Part shown: piece by piece, positions 13,478 through 27,117 of the stretch | Position numbering within the stretch: the first letter of the stretch is position 1 | How the letters are laid out: each line of letters begins with the position of its first letter | Assembly (NCBI GenBank): GCA_973895155.1 | Contig: OZ316898.1 | Location: 13,296,230-13,360,229, forward strand | Origin: Marsupella aquatica | Lineage: Eukaryota > Plantae > Marchantiophyta | Direction: 5' to 3' | DNA length: 64,000 nt | Program-made: the position numbers and the translations under genes | The notes under the pieces: model-generated | The model's database searches: none | The model's input: the letters and a program-made list of their open reading frames with translations, nothing else | Told to the model about the DNA's origin: nothing

Positions 13478-16400
13478 TGTCGGATGCCAAATTAGGTAGT
13501 AGTTTTAACTAAAGTTAAAAATGGACTAACTATAGTTAGAAGTAACCCCAGTTAGAAGTAGACATAAGGTTAAAGTAAGTAAACTGATGCACAATGGGTC
13601 AAGGAGATTAAGTAGGGATAGTTAGGAAGGTCTTAGTTAAAGTCTAGTTGAACTAGGATAGGTTAGGAAATCTCAAGAAGTAAAAGTAGAAAGTGACAAA
13701 TGGTCTACTCTGCAGAATTATAGAAAAGTCTCCAAATAGAGTTAGACCTGGAAATCCAGTAAGTAAATAGTCTTAGGTTCAAGAGATACACTGGCAAAAT
13801 TTCAGACAAAATGGAGGGCAGGGCACAATGCTGGAGATTTATGAAACTGGAGCTTTGTTATAAATACACTTAAGACGGGATACCATAGAAGTACGGGCGA
13901 GTTCTGAGTACAAAGCAAGTAGTGCTACGGAAGTTTGTCTAGGAGCCAGGTGTCATCATGGGAGTCCTTCTCATAAGGATACAAAATGCAGGGACAATCT
14001 ACGTAGAAGCCAAGGAAGGAGCAGCGACAATCAGGCAGAAATTCAAGGGTGTAATTAAGGGAAACGAACATCCTTCTATAAGGACAATGTGAATTGACTC
14101 GGGAGAGGCGGAGGAACCACAAAAATTGCCTGAAGGTAAGGCATGAATTGAATTGAGCTACCGGGAGAAACTCTGTGGTGTTGGAAGGAACTCTTGGGAT
14201 AAGAAAATCTCATCCCCCGGGCAATCTAGTGGTGGCAAAAGATTCAATTTTGTGCCGCTGCAATTGAAGCTTGGTTGCTAATGGGGAAATTTTTGGTAAT
14301 TGCCTGAAGCTTTGTATTGTTGGAGTCTGCTGTTGGGGAACTCGCTGCTGAAGAGAGTGCTGTTGTGCTGCCATTGAACTCGTTATGGCTGCTGCACTAT
14401 TGAGAAGTCCTGGTCCTACTTCACTAAAGCTTGATGCTGCTAAAGAAAATTTGATCCCGCTACTCGCTGCTACTTGAACTTGAAGCTGTTGTCATGGACT
14501 TGCTGCTGTGGACTGGAAGCAACCTTACTGCTGGCTCGAAGCTATTGGAAGATTGAATGTTGCCCTGATGCTGAGGATAGTTTAGTGCTATGAGAAGCTC
14601 GATGCTGGAGCTTCATGCTGCTGATCAGTCGAAGCTCTGATAGGAGAAGCTCTAATCAAGAAATTACTACTGAGCTCTTTGCTGCTAAGCTATGGAGAGC
14701 CGCTGCTGCAGCTAAGATTGGCTAAAAAGCTACACTGCAGGATAGAGCTGACTCATTGCAGCTCCATGCTGCTGAGTAGCTATGGAGAAGTAGAGCTTGG
14801 GAGCTAGGCTGATAGAAGTCAATGTTGCGGCTCAGGGGGGTCACTTCCATGGAAGTGGCATATCATGTGCGACGAAGTATATGGCCATTTAAATGGTTTT
14901 GGCGGAAGACTTATTAAGTCTTCTATGGAAATATATGGTTGTTTAATTGTAAAATGCATACGTGTCATCACATGATTGGTGCTGTACAACTTTCTAGAAA
15001 GTGACTTAGGGGGGTCATAAATGACCCAAACCGTCGCACGTGATGTATGACCCTTCATATAGTGACCCCCCCGAGTGTTGCGGAGGTGAGCTTGCTGATT
15101 TATGAGCTATGGAGTAGCTGCCAGGGAGAGCATGAAGCAATAGCACTTCGCCGCTACTCACGACTTGTGAAGGGAGGAGAAAAAAAATTGCATTTCGCGA
15201 GTAGTCTTCGCGAAAGGAGGAAAAGGGGGTGGTCTTTGCCAAAACATACCTGGTAGTTGGCTGTCGGCGGCTGGGCTTGAACTTGCGACCTGCTGTTTGC
15301 TAGGGACTTCATTCGGGATACCAAGGGAGCGTTCTTAGCTCTTCGTTTAAGGAGTTCGTAGCAACTCTACTTAAGCTTGCGGCAACATCGGTTCTGAGCC
15401 GTTTGAAGGACTTTGAGGCCGGGTCTAGGCCAGCAGGGGGACCAGGGAGACCAGGGGAGGGCCCAGCAAGGGTGCCTCAACTTCATGGAGGCCCGGGAAA
15501 CCATTTTTTATCCCAATAATTTATGCTAAGGAGTTTTCATGAAGGCTTGAAAACCACTATTTGTAATAAGTTGTCGGGCTATTATGAAGCCCAACACTTG
15601 AGGGGTGCTGGTATACGATGAGTTGTTGCTAGATAGCTCGGCCTTGCACTCGCACAGTAGCCATAGAATAACTGCTAATGCCAACATTCTAGTTGGAACC
15701 AACTCAAGCGGTAGTTGTACTATTCGGGTAAGTTTACAACTGTGTAAAAGCTGACCTGTACTTCTGTGGTAACCCGAGTCTCAGCGGCAAAACCCGAGAC
15801 TCAGTGGTAACCCAAAACTCAATGACGTATTAACCCTCAATTGTAGGCCAAACTTGGGGTTGTTACCGTGAGAAATATTGTGTTCCAGTTAGTTTACAAC
15901 TCGCACGGTTAGTTGTAAGAGTTACCGAAGGGGGTACCCTGGTTACTCGTCTCGCCGAGAGGTTGCCGCTGTTCAGGTCTTGTGTGGAAACCTGAGTACT
16001 GGTTGTAGTTAAGTTAATCTGCGGTAAAATAGAGATTTAACCCGGGTTAAACTTTAGCAAGAAAGTAGTAAGTTTGCCGTAACTACTAACCTGAGTTAGC
16101 ACCTTAGGCTTGGTTTGGTTTGGCGTGGGTTTGGTTTGGAGCCCTGAGGTGTGGAAATAAAGAGGAGAAGCAAGGGGCTGTCTCCTCACTTGTTTAGTTG
16201 TCCACTTTCTTAGAGGCTGGGAGCTTGGGGGCTGGGCTCTTCCTTGGAGAGCAGTAGCATGAGCTTGAGGCACTAGGAAGGGGGGAACAGTGAACTAGTC
16301 CACTAGGTAGGCAGCAAGGAGAAGGTCAAGGGAGGTGTTGTGATCTGAACTTGTTTCTATTCTCTCTAGTAAAGACTTGCGTGTAACCCTCAGTCTTGAA

Positions 16401-16891
16401 GCAGCTATCTAGTGAGATGTCGAACCAGTGAGCATGTATGTGGACTCAGGTGTGATTTGATACCGGAGAGATGAAGCTTGAAGCTTGAGATGAGAGCAGG
16501 GTCAGCACTTGTCTTGTGGGGATAGCAAGTGGTAATCCTGCAGTCCTTTGTGAAGGAAACAGGGTACTCTCTTGGGTGACGGTTATGTAAGGAGTCTGCA
16601 GGGACAGCTTGTGGGTGTCCACTGCCCGTGTTGAGATCGGGAGTGGGGTGTTGGGAGTGTTTTCCAGTGGGAGAGCAGGGGAGTGATAACCACCCTTCAA
16701 GGTTATCTTTCCAGCGGTGGAAGTAAATTACCCAGTTGGGTGTGTGAGTGAAGAAGAAGAGAGAGATTAAGGGAAAGTGACCCACTGTCCTGCTATTCGC
16801 CCGTCCTAAGAACCCGGACAACGATAAGAAGGGGAAATAGTGGTAGATTTAACTCTAGTGAAGAGTTAAGCCCCATTGCAAGGTGTTGACA
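13478..16891. mobile_element. Family D solo-LTR-like insertion (3.4 kb)
   Basis: TGTC...GACA termini; TSD GTCCG (13473-13477) / ATCCG (16892-16896), one mismatch; removal restores the A2 reading frame. Confidence 0.8.
14831..15075. mobile_element. MITE family E, copy 1
   Basis: 15-bp TIR CTC(A/G)GGGGGGTCACT; 8-bp TSD TGTTGCGG at 14823-14830 and 15076-15083. Confidence 0.85.
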
Positions 16892-19714
16892 ATCCGATTC
16901 TGGCACCTCCTTCTTCAGCCACGATAGTCTTACAAAGCTCTCCAAGCCTGATCCCAGCCATCAAGCCTTGGTACTTCTTGGTATGCATGGCCGTAAAGCA
17001 TGCATCCTCCTCTCGTGCAAAATGTAGCTGTACTGCCAGTGGTATCATTGCCGCCCATCCCTTCCAGATGTCGTCTCGGGTAGGGACGGCATTGATTGGG
17101 TCGACTTCTTGTTCCTCGGGTTCCTCCTCCCTTTGCTTCCCCTTTTTGGCTGGCTTCCTTGATACTGCCGACCTTGTCCTCTTGGCCGGTGTGTTTTCTT
17201 CATTGTTGGTCATCTTCCTCTTCATTTCAATGGCACTTGAAGATTCTCCCAATACTGTTGCTTTTGTCCATGCCGTTGTGCAACCCTTCAGGTCCCAATG
17301 TTCATCGTTGCAGTTGTTGATGGCTTGTCGGATGCCGACGATTTGGTTGTCTTGAATTAGAAGGTTGTCAAGCTCATCGCCAGTAGTTGTCCACAAGAAT
17401 TCAGCCTTGATGAGTTCTCCTCCTAAGAAGGCTGTTTTCTGTAGTTCCCACAATCGAGCAAGTTCTTGTCGCTCGCGGGCTGCTCTTTCTGATTCTTCTT
17501 CTTTGTAAGTCCCGACGTACTCACTTGCCCGTTCGAACAGGCATCCCCAAAAATGTGCTGCTTGATTGATGTTGCTCATTCCCTTCTTTGGCCGTGCTTG
17601 GTAGCTGCTTATGTCCTTCCCGTGTTCTCCTCCGTAGTTGACAATCATTGGCTTCTGCTTGCACTTTGCTTGCTTGAGGTGCGAATGTGAGCCATCCTTC
17701 CTGGTTTGGCTTGCCTTACCCCCCTGCTTGGTCAATCTGCCCGTTGGTTATCCACAGCCGCCGGCACTTAGGTTGCCCTAACCCTAATTGTCTTAGAGGT
17801 AGACCAAGAAGACCAGCTGGGTGAGGCCATGACGGGCACGGACTCAAGGTTGCCAATCATTGATCGACATCAACCGCAACTTTGGGAGTACGAGAGAACC
17901 CGACTCATAGGATGAGCCTATGAGGAGGACCACTACGGCAAGATGACCGATGTCGGGACTAACAGTGTTGAAGCCGTTGGGGTGGACCCACCACTATTAC
18001 AAATCGGGGGAGCAGAAGCCGGAGAAGCAGATGCCGGAGAAGCAAAAGCCGAGGTAGGAGGTGGGCCCGGTCACGCCAACAATGGGTTGACCCAGTCAGG
18101 AGTGGGTAACTTGTCAGAGGACGAGACGCCTACATTGGCCGCCAAGGAGGGATTGGGGGCGTCCATTGAGGGCCAACCACCCGTGTTATGATCGTGGAGG
18201 GGGGCCGTCCCTTTTAGGAAGGGTGGACGTGGAGGTAGGAGGCATGAGTGGGCAGAGCGAGCGCGGACTTCCAAATTTAGGATTAGGATCAGGACCAATA
18301 AGTGGCCCTGACACTTATATTAGTGGGATTGCGGATCCATTGGTAAGAGCAACACTTGTGCTCTTGCCCCGCTGTACATAGGTAGATTCCAATTAGGGTA
18401 GATTTGGATTACGCAGCAAGAAAATAGGTAGGTGCGTTGCCAAGATAAATACCTATGTAGCGGGGACTTGAAGGCCTTCTTCTTAAGCAAGTTTTTAGTG
18501 CACCAGCAAGGTTGGGATCAATTAGTCAGAGAAGCTCTCGATTAGTTATGCGATGACTTTTGTGTATATTCATGTTTCCTCATGCCTAAGAGCTGAATAG
18601 AGTTGGCCTTTTGGCTTGGTTTGCAGATCTTGTGTATGAGAAGTACTCTATGTATGACAGTTGCACGATATAACTTAGTCAGTATGAGTCATCTTTCTAG
18701 TTGTGTGTCGCATCAACTTGTGCGAAGATTGCCCACATCAACTACAGGAGAGAAAAGAAGTAAGTGAAGTCATCAGGAGCAGCCAGAGTTGGATGTGTTG
18801 AGCTGAGAGGAATCTTAGCGGGGGAAGCCAAACATACCTAAAGGGAGACCAAGGGAAGAGAGGAAGGAGAGGCCTAGAGTGAGCCAGTTGTATACTCATG
18901 ACGCAATGAAGGATCTGTCCAGTATATGTGGGTAAAAAGTTAGTAAAGAAGTTTTAGCCGCGTCCCATGCCAATAAGCCGCGGAACCGGCCTTGGCAAGA
19001 GCAAAACCGATGGAAATCGGCTTGTTTAGGGCGGGTTCTTGGGTTTAGAGAGCCATGGAACGCACCACAATTTGTTGTCACTCTTTCTTTTCCCTGGTCT
19101 TTGTTCTGTTGTTTGAGCTTTTGCTATCCTTGCTGTTGACAATGTGCCAAACAACAATTTTGACAAGTCTCTCTCCTTTTTAAGGGTGTGGTGGTCTTTG
19201 GCGCTTTGGCAACACGCAGTTTTGCATTTAAGTTGGCAACATCCTACACAATGTATGCTCTACATTTTGTATCACCAATGCAAATTAATCCTCTGCTCAA
19301 CAATCCCCACTACCTCCAAAAAATTCAAGCTCAGGTTAGTGACTCCCACATATTCCATTACTCTACTAGATAATTTGTCAATTGTGGCTTGTCAAAACAA
19401 GTGTTCTTTTTAGATGCAATTCCATACTCTGGAGTTGTGTTCAGGGGCAAATGGACCTAAGCGGTCTTTAGCGCCGGAACATTGTTCCGAGGCAAGAGGC
19501 TGTCCAAAATCAAATATTGACTTCAGTTTAAACCCTATTCTAGGGCAAATGAGATTTCCCAAACATTGTTCCGCTAGATGTGATATTTTCTAAATCCTCT
19601 CTCCTCCTTGGGGTCCTCACTTATTTCCTTTCTACTTATCACGCAAAAGTAAATATATATGGTTTGTTTGTTGGGTAGAGAAAAATACTTTTAAATTTCT
19701 ATAGAAGAACATTA

Positions 19715-19932
19715 GGGTACACAAAATTATCAGCTATCAATTGTTAGTTTTGACATAATTTGTTTAAAATCTTAGCTGAGATGGGGATTTTGCACCGCAT
19801 ATCTCAGTTGCCTAGGCAGCTAAGATTGACTCAATCTTGGCTGACCTTGCCGAGATAGGTGTACGGACAAAAAATCTGGGCCAAAAAATAAGTAAAAATT
19901 TGGAAAGACACCCATAGTGAATTACTTATTTT
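19715..19932. mobile_element. MITE family G, partial copy
   Basis: Shares AGATTGACTCAATCT...CGAGAT...CGGACAAAAAA with 54780-55214; flanked by AGAACATTA repeats (19706-19714, 19933-19941); right TIR not evident. Confidence 0.55.
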
Positions 19933-20984
19933 AGAACATTAAAGTTTTTGAAATCCGATCGGCTGAGAGAGACTGGCGGAGCTCTGTTTTTGGGGGTTTC
20001 TTTCTTCTAGTTTTTAGGGGTTGGTGGCTTGTCTTGGCCTGTCGTTGTTGCTGTTGAATGCTGATTGGTGTTGCTTCCTCTTGGAAGATGTTTCACTCTG
20101 TGCGCTGAGTTGATTAACGCTTTTTTTGGTTACTTTAATGATGATCATCGCCTCCGCTAAGTGCATTAGGGCTGAAAGTTTGTAACATTCTCGTAAGGGT
20201 CTGGGTTTTAGAGTTTTACTATCCGGTTTATGATCCTTCTGGATCCCAAGAGTGATTTAAACTTGCTGTTTGGAGGATTGATTGTGACCCAGCAGATTGC
20301 TGCCTTCACTCCCCCCGGTGGCTGCAGCTTGCTGCTTGAATCTTGGGATTTGAGGCTGTGCACTGAGGTTGAATAATGTTTCTACTCCTGATTTGATTTT
20401 GCCATTTTGGGAGGAAGACCATCTCTCGCTGCGTGCTTCTGGGGATTGGTGGAGAATCCCCCTCCCCTTTGTTCCTTATGATTTACTACCTACGGTGAGA
20501 AATTCTGGACACTTTTGTGAGTGGTTGACTCTAATAGCTACTTACTACTTATCTCCCTTTTGGTTACACTTTGCGCATCTGTTTTTGGACTACTATACTT
20601 TCGATCCGGTGTTTATCTGGGATGAATCCTAGTAGGAGGGGAAGTTTGGGTTTTGGCGCTCACATGATTGGCCATGGAGCACTTGCTTTTGGCCCTGCTT
20701 ACTTAAGGGATGGGCAAGCTTTGAGAGACTTGCGAACTGTGCGGGATGTTGAGGGGGGAGCTGGCCACTGGGCTAACTCACCCTCTTCCCTTCCGCGTGC
20801 ACCGATGGCGTGTCTACCTTAGGGCGACAACTCCGGTAGAACCTTTTCTGATCAGGATGTTCATTCGGGCCCTAGTGGCCCCTCAACTGCCATGCCCTCT
20901 ATCACTTCTGGTGACAGCACTCCGGTCAACAATTTGCGGAGTTGGTATGGACTTTGTTCCTCTGTCTGCATGCTGGTGGAGGAC

Positions 20985-21125
20985 GCTGAGGAGTTTGAGG
21001 TGGAGGCAATCCTGGACCACCGTTACAAACGCAAGTTGGGAAGGCAAATCTTAGAGTATTTGGTGAAGTGGGTTGGCTATGATCATGCCGAGAGTACTTG
21101 GGAACCAGAAGAAAATTTTGGGTAA
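20985..21125 (+). pseudogene. Chromodomain-coding fragment
   Basis: EEFEVEAILDHR...EYLVKWVGYDHAESTWEPEENF is a canonical chromodomain with aromatic-cage residues; frameshift follows. Confidence 0.85.
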
Positions 21126-21363
21126 TACCCGAGAGATCCTGGAAGCTATCGTAAGCAAAGCGGTCTACCGCCAGTGTGAACTCGTACAGGCAGCTGTAGC
21201 TACCTTTGTGAGTTGTATCCTAGTTTCACTCCTCCCGACCTCTTGAGGATAAAGTTGGATTGCATGGGCGCTAGAGGTTGTTGGGTGGCCAATTTGCTTT
21301 TCACGAGTGGAAGTTGATGGTGTCCGCCTCACATCTATGGGCGGGCTGGTTCAAACCAAAGGG

Positions 21364-21838
21364 CCCGGGTATGCAACTCCCCTTTTTATAAGGCAAGTTT
21401 TTAATTCCTTATAATGGCCTTATATCCAATTGACCATCTTAGATTTCATTTTAGTCTACTAAAGTCTTGTACCTCTGAACTCAAGGAATCCAAAAATGTA
21501 ACTTAAAAAAAAACCAAACATGTTTTGATGTACAAAAAGTTGATCAAAACCAAATTATATGGGTTTTTTTTAATACAGGGGTCTACAACCAAACTAGCCA
21601 GCTTTTTAGGATTTTTATTAAAATTTTAAAAATCTTTTAATAAAAATTACAACATGTATAGGAATATTTTTTAATTTCATATGGAAAATGAAGGAAACCA
21701 AACCTTTTATATGACTTGAAAATTTTTAAAAGTGGGAAACCCAGGTTTTTTCAAATTTTAATTATTTTGTATAGCCAACTTTTTAGTCCATATAAAAATG
21801 TAGACCCCTGTCTATTATATAAGAGTTGCGTACTCGGG
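21364..21838. mobile_element. MITE family F, copy 1 (475 bp)
   Basis: 16-bp TIR CCCG(G/A)GTA(T/C)GCAACTC; 8-bp TSD CCAAAGGG at 21356-21363 and 21839-21846; AT-rich interior. Confidence 0.92.
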
Positions 21839-23624
21839 CCAAAGGGGAGTACCCCAAGGGGCAAACAATGGGTCCGACAAGTTTGGAGTTAGCTTACCCA
21901 CTTGATCTGGCATCCTACTTGGATAAGTGGGATAGGTTGGAATTTCCTAAATCTGGAATGTGCATACCAACCTGGTTTGCATCAGCCTTATGGGAAAACC
22001 ATTGGTTATCTCATAATATTTTTAAGACCTAAAGTGGTCTAGGCGTGCTGGAACGTTTACTTAGGTCACACGGACGTACGTGACCATTTTTAAGGGAGGA
22101 TGCAAGTCGCGGAACTCGACTACCTTAACACTTCGCTTCGGCATCGCTGACTCCGATGTCGAGCTCCCTTATGGTCCAGGCCCGGATAGGCCATCCGGGG
22201 AGGACTTAGCATGGGGAAACTTGTCGGCAATGAGACGTGGCACTGTCTAGCGAAGGCAAGGCGCCAAGCTGGTGACACACACTAAGGACTTAGACTAGCT
22301 GAGTGATGGTTGGGTCAAGGGGAAAGGGGCTGGGGTCAAGGTCAACCGTCCAGACCCCTGGACGGACTTTGAGTTCTGAGGGCTTGAGTGAGAGCTCCTC
22401 TTGGGCCCAATGCCAATGGAGTTGACACCATGGGCAAGGGGCGCTTGGGGCGCAAGTTATGGCCTAATCCGGGTTTGGCCGATCGGGGGCCCCAAGCGGC
22501 GATGAGATCTGATGGTCTAGGCATGAGCATTGGGTCGCTCCAATCACAACGGGCTAAGGCATTCCGCTTGCGGACGCCTAACTACGAAGTTATGGGTGTT
22601 GCTAGTTGGTGGCGCGCCCAGACATGCAGGATAGGGTTCAGGTTGGGGACCAAAAGTTTGGGGACCAAAGTTGGTCCGGGGGTGGCAGGTCTCCAGAAAC
22701 ATATATGAGGGGAGTGGTGTCTCCCTGGAGGCTAAGGGCGAGCCAAAGTCGTGAGTCGCGGCGGTTGCGACACTAAGGAAAACACCAAACAAAAACGACG
22801 ATAACTTCCCAATGAGAAGTCCGTTGAGGGACTTCTTGGGTGCATTGGAAATTTCTCAACAAGGGCTACATCCTCCTGAGCTCAATTGGGTCTAGGGGCA
22901 CCATAGGTTATTGAGGTTTGTGGGTGTTATCTCGCTCGCTTGCCAAATCTTGTCGAAACAGCAGCCAAACCCCGTTCAGTCTCTCAAGGGAGCTTGCATT
23001 GGGAAGGCAAGGCCAAGTAGGCATGGATGTTGAGTTCCAAGGGCACTTGGCCCCTAGAACATCAATGGGGAAAGAACCGGGAGTTAGTTGCTAAAGTCGG
23101 GGCCGTTCTGGTCCCAACGTGTTGAGACAAGCTTGAGACAAGCTTTAGGACAAGCTATGCTACTTGGGCCATGAGCATGTCCTGGGGGCAGGGTGGTCAG
23201 TTGGTGATGGATAGGTATGAGGGAGAACCCGGGTTGTGCCCAATGAAGGAGGTGTTCTGGATGAACAATGGGCGTCAGTTCTGGTTCCGGCTTATGGCAT
23301 CGGGAGGACCTATTGCTGACCTACTTACCAAATGAATGTCTGTTGAGCTTGAGTAGGATGCTAGACTTGGGGAGATCTGGATCCTGAAGTGTTATTTACC
23401 GAGACGTTTGGTTGCTTATGCATGCAGTGAGGACCAAACGTTGAGTAGTGGTCATGTTGGAGAGCAAGTGTGGCTTGGCATGGTATGGGAGGGGCCGCTG
23501 GTGGTGCAAGGAGCACTAGGTTGCTTGCTCGAGGTATTCCGTGGAGGCATTTGGGCACTAGGGGCACTTAGGCGTGAGTGTTGGGATTGGTGAGGCGCTA
23601 GGTGGCAAGGTCCACCACTAAGAT

Positions 23625-26082
23625 TGTGACGCCAATGACATGGTCCTTATTTTGTAATCTGATTAAGTAGGTTGCTGTATGCAAGGAGTAGCTATTGATA
23701 TTACATAACAATTAGCAAGATGGCAAGAATAAGGGCAATCATGGCGTTAAGAGTAGGGAAATAAAAACTATGTCGCGGGTGGTCGACGACCATATCTCTT
23801 TCAATATGTCACCAAATCCGGATCTGTAAAGAGCATTGGAAAGATCTGGTCAAGGTGAGTAAAATCGATATAAAACACTCGGGAAACGGAGGTGTATTAA
23901 GAGAGATACGGCCTGATTAGTGTGACGGGTTAACTTATGGCCGGAATTAGCGGATTCGGCTTCAGTTTCGGGTTAACCCAAGCTCGACCACGGCTTAGCT
24001 TATGTGAGCACGGCTTCAGCTTAGCTCAGGTAAGCACGGCTTCAGCTTAGCTCAAGTGAGCACGGCTTCAGCTTAGCTCAGGTAAGCACGGCTTCAGCTT
24101 AGCTTAGGTCAGCACAGCTTCAGCTTAGGCTTAACCTAGGTTCGGATTAGATTGAACTCGGGTTAGCCTAAACTCGGGCTCAGGTTAGCATAGGTAAGCT
24201 CGGGTTCGGGCTCAGCTTAGGCTAGGTTAGCGGATAGCGGGTAGCGGCCTAACCCGAGACCACGGGTTAGCTCTACTCGGGTTAGATAGGATAGCTAGGT
24301 TAGCCGAACTCGGGTTAGCTATGTAACTCGGGTTAGCGCAGTAGTGAGTACCCCCTCTCGGTTGCGGGGGCATAACTCTCTGTGTATTTGACCAAATCGG
24401 CTATAATTGACCTCGTTGGAAAGAGGAGCTCAAGCCGCTTCCAACGCTGCTATCCACGCAGCAAATGGTTGAATACAGAAATCGGGAGAGGAGGCGTAAG
24501 CTCGCAAAAACCATGAAGGAGGGCCAAATCCGAAGTACATAGCCAATTCGAGATAGAAATAAAGTTGCGAGTTAGGGTTCAGTAGTTAGAGATAGTGGCG
24601 GCTCTGTTAGGGCTGGGATGGGGCTCCAGTAGCGTAGTACCCAGCCATTTGGGCTCAGTATGAGAGTATATAGAGCAGCCCCCCGGTAGAGATGGGGGGG
24701 GGGGACTTCAGTTGTGTGATCTCACTTAGACTGAGCAGCAGGGAGGAGCTCTGTGCAAGCAAGGCTGGACTTGGACGCTGCGTGTTGGGGAGAGCTTGGT
24801 TGTGCTATTACTCAGGGAGTAATCAGCCAAGCTTCACAGCAACGGGTTGCTAGGTTTGCGAGCTGGATTGTGGCTCTTTCTAGTGAGTAGCACAACTGGG
24901 TTCTTTTCCCCCGATACAGAGCCTTGGTGATAGGTGATGTATTGGTGATTGTAAACTGTGGGGAGGATGTCAATTTGATTTGTGGTGAGCACATTAGGGA
25001 CGTTGAGACACTGATTGAGGGACAGCAGGAGGAGCATTTACAGTTCAGTCTGGCAAGGCTATGTGATCCATGGGGAGTCCCGGCCTTTGTCTGGTGGAGA
25101 GCACTAAGGGATCTATGGCCAGAGCGGAGCTTGCAGGGCAAGCGTGAGGCCGGGCCTCATTGCAGTCTGGGGTAGATCGCCGTTAGGCCTGGTACCAGCT
25201 TTGAAGTCGAGTCAACTATGTATGCATAACTTGACATTCTGAATTGGAGGTGTGAGATCTGTATGTGCCCCCAAGAATGAAGTGCAGTGAAGGAGGTTGA
25301 GTTCAGGATTGAGTTTGCAAGGCAAGTACGGGATTGGTTTGAGTCCAATATGCCGTCGCAATCTGGAGTGAGCCGAGCTCAGGTTCAGGATTGAGCTTGC
25401 ATGGCAAGCATGGGGCTTGCGGGGCAAGCACGCTGCAATCTGGAGTAGACAGCCTTCGGGCCTATTGTTCGGATCAAGTGTTCTCAGTGAACTATTGTGC
25501 ACATCGTTGAATCTAATTGAGTTTTCCTCTCAGGCCTCATTTCTCTCATGGATGTGTGTGTGTGTGAGGCAATCTAAGTGTATGATGGGACTAGCAGCGC
25601 CACTGAGAGGTGTACAGGGTGCATTGAAGCGGGCTGGGTGAGGACTGTCATAGCTCTGATTGCTGAGAGTGGAATGGCAGAGTGGTGGGGCAATGGCTTA
25701 GAAGTCCCTAAGCCGGGAATCAGTCAAGAGTCACTGGTTTATGGGTACATTCCGGCGGCGGAATAGAAACATACCTATGACAGTAAGCATACGTATAGAC
25801 CTATGCGCACCGTAGCGCTAGGCCCTGTGTGTACGGGCCCGATATGAAGACTCCTTCTCACCAGAACTATCATGAGCGCGGATCTGATTCCCAACCTTGG
25901 TTCTTAGGGATTGAGCTTGGGTGATGTGTGACGAAGTCTTGTTATGATAGTCTGGTGTTAAGGGCATAAATTGGTGTTTACCGGCCTTCACAGCATCCCT
26001 TCGTGATCCTCAGGTACAAGGAGATGGTTTTGGCACCCATAGTGACGTCTTTGGTGTTAAGACCCATGTCAATCGCGTGACA
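23625..26082. mobile_element. Family B solo LTR, copy 2 (2458 bp)
   Basis: Same termini as copy 1; 5-bp TSD AAGAT at 23620-23624 and 26083-26087. Confidence 0.92.
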
Positions 26083-26259
26083 AAGATGAAAGTAAATTCA
26101 CTATAACCTCACATTTTTGTCTTGGATGGTGATAATTTAAATAGAAACAATAATGAAAAGACAATTTATAGATTATGCATGATTGTATTATAATTGAAGG
26201 AAAGTATATCAATGCTCTTATGGAGCATCAAAGAGTAAATCACTCAAGAGGATGAAGTT

Positions 26260-26870
26260 GGCAAAGCATCGTAAGAAATGCTATGATGAACCTAGTAATG
26301 AACCCAACAAGTATTGGGTATTTGTATTGATGGTATAGATCAAAAGAAAACTGAAGTACCACATTATTTTTATTTGCTATCCAAAGAACATGTATGAGAA
26401 AAACTTCATCCTAGCCTATACATGTTGTGGGTTGTCTTATCTTAAATAGAAAGCTTGTGGCAAAAGTTTTTCTCACCTACCCCAACATCCACAATGATGC
26501 AAATCTCACCATTCATGTTATTCAAAAAAATTTGAATACACAGGATGGGATGCTACCATGGTTATTATATCTTCAATTGGATAATACTATTAGGGAGAAC
26601 AAGAATAAATTATTGATGACATATCTACACTTGTTGGTAGATTTAAAGGTTTTTGACAAGATAAAAATTGGTTTTTTATTGGTTGGTCATACGCATGACC
26701 AAATAGATCACATATTTAGCAAGTTCTCATCTAGGTTAAACAAGCATAGAGCATTTTGCTTAGATACTCTTGCTGATATCATACAACAGGTATATTCTCC
26801 TCAAACAAATGTAACTTTTGTGGCTGAAGTTGCTGACTTTCAAAATTTTGTGGATGAGACCAACAACATC
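26260..26870 (+). pseudogene. Relic DUF7869/Sola-like transposase core of a second, divergent subfamily
   Basis: DGIDQKK, NDANLT, YLQLDNTIRENKN and FLLVGHTHDQID motifs parallel those of 34637-38350. Confidence 0.8.
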
Positions 26871-27117
26871 TTTAGGGTTGGGAACCCCTCAAATGTAAGA
26901 CAAACAATTTATTTTTCAACCCCTATGAAGTTGGAGTATTCCAAAAATTTGGTTAGAAAGACCCTCATCTTCAAATTATATGTCTCCAAAAATTGGATTC
27001 AGAAAAGACCCTATTATGCTTTTGATAAAATTCTTAAGTCTTCCCTTCGAACCAAGAAAATGACCATATCCTTTGTCGCACGTGATGTACCATTTTTGTT
27101 CAAGTGAAACCCTCAAG
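26870..27117. mobile_element. MITE family E, 5'-truncated copy
   Basis: Colinear with 32210-32461, including GTCGCACGTGATGT and the end AGTGAAACCCTCAAG. Confidence 0.7.

Larger units (their letters stand above)
8916..17579 (-). pseudogene. Family A ORF of copy A2, interrupted by elements C1 and D
   Basis: MSNINQAAHFWG... starts at 17579; EVPES|DLL and AVWT|VRLHW are restored when the inserts are removed; PPVS-stop ends at 8916. Confidence 0.8.
5627..17796 (-). mobile_element. Family A copy A2, inserted antisense into A1 and split by three further insertions
   Basis: Begins TGTGGTGCGTCCCATGG (reverse complement of the family 3' end); segments 5627-5701, 8127-10447, 12167-13477 and 16892-17796 rejoin in register; the first ~165 bp of the unit are deleted. 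Confidence 0.85.
2315..19069 (+). mobile_element. Family A ORF-bearing solo-LTR-like element, copy A1 (outer host of the nest; own sequence 2315-5626 and ~17797-19069)
   Basis: Starts TGTGATGCC, ends GCACCACA; 5-bp TSD ATTTG at 2310-2314 and 19070-19074; colinear with A3 (40708-45856). Confidence 0.9.

Noticed and set aside
17797-17801. AGGTA as the second TSD copy of A2
   Set aside because: It is native family A sequence ~190 bp downstream of the insertion point; a deletion removed the true junction
21840-23620. Possible decayed retrotransposon pol (e.g. LLGCIG- and PIADLLTK-like words)
   Set aside because: Motifs are too short and not in a consistent frame or order; left unassigned
5702-26082. 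B1 and B2 as the two LTRs of one 20-kb retrotransposon
   Set aside because: Each copy has its own distinct TSD (GCTTA and AAGAT), so they are independent solo LTRs
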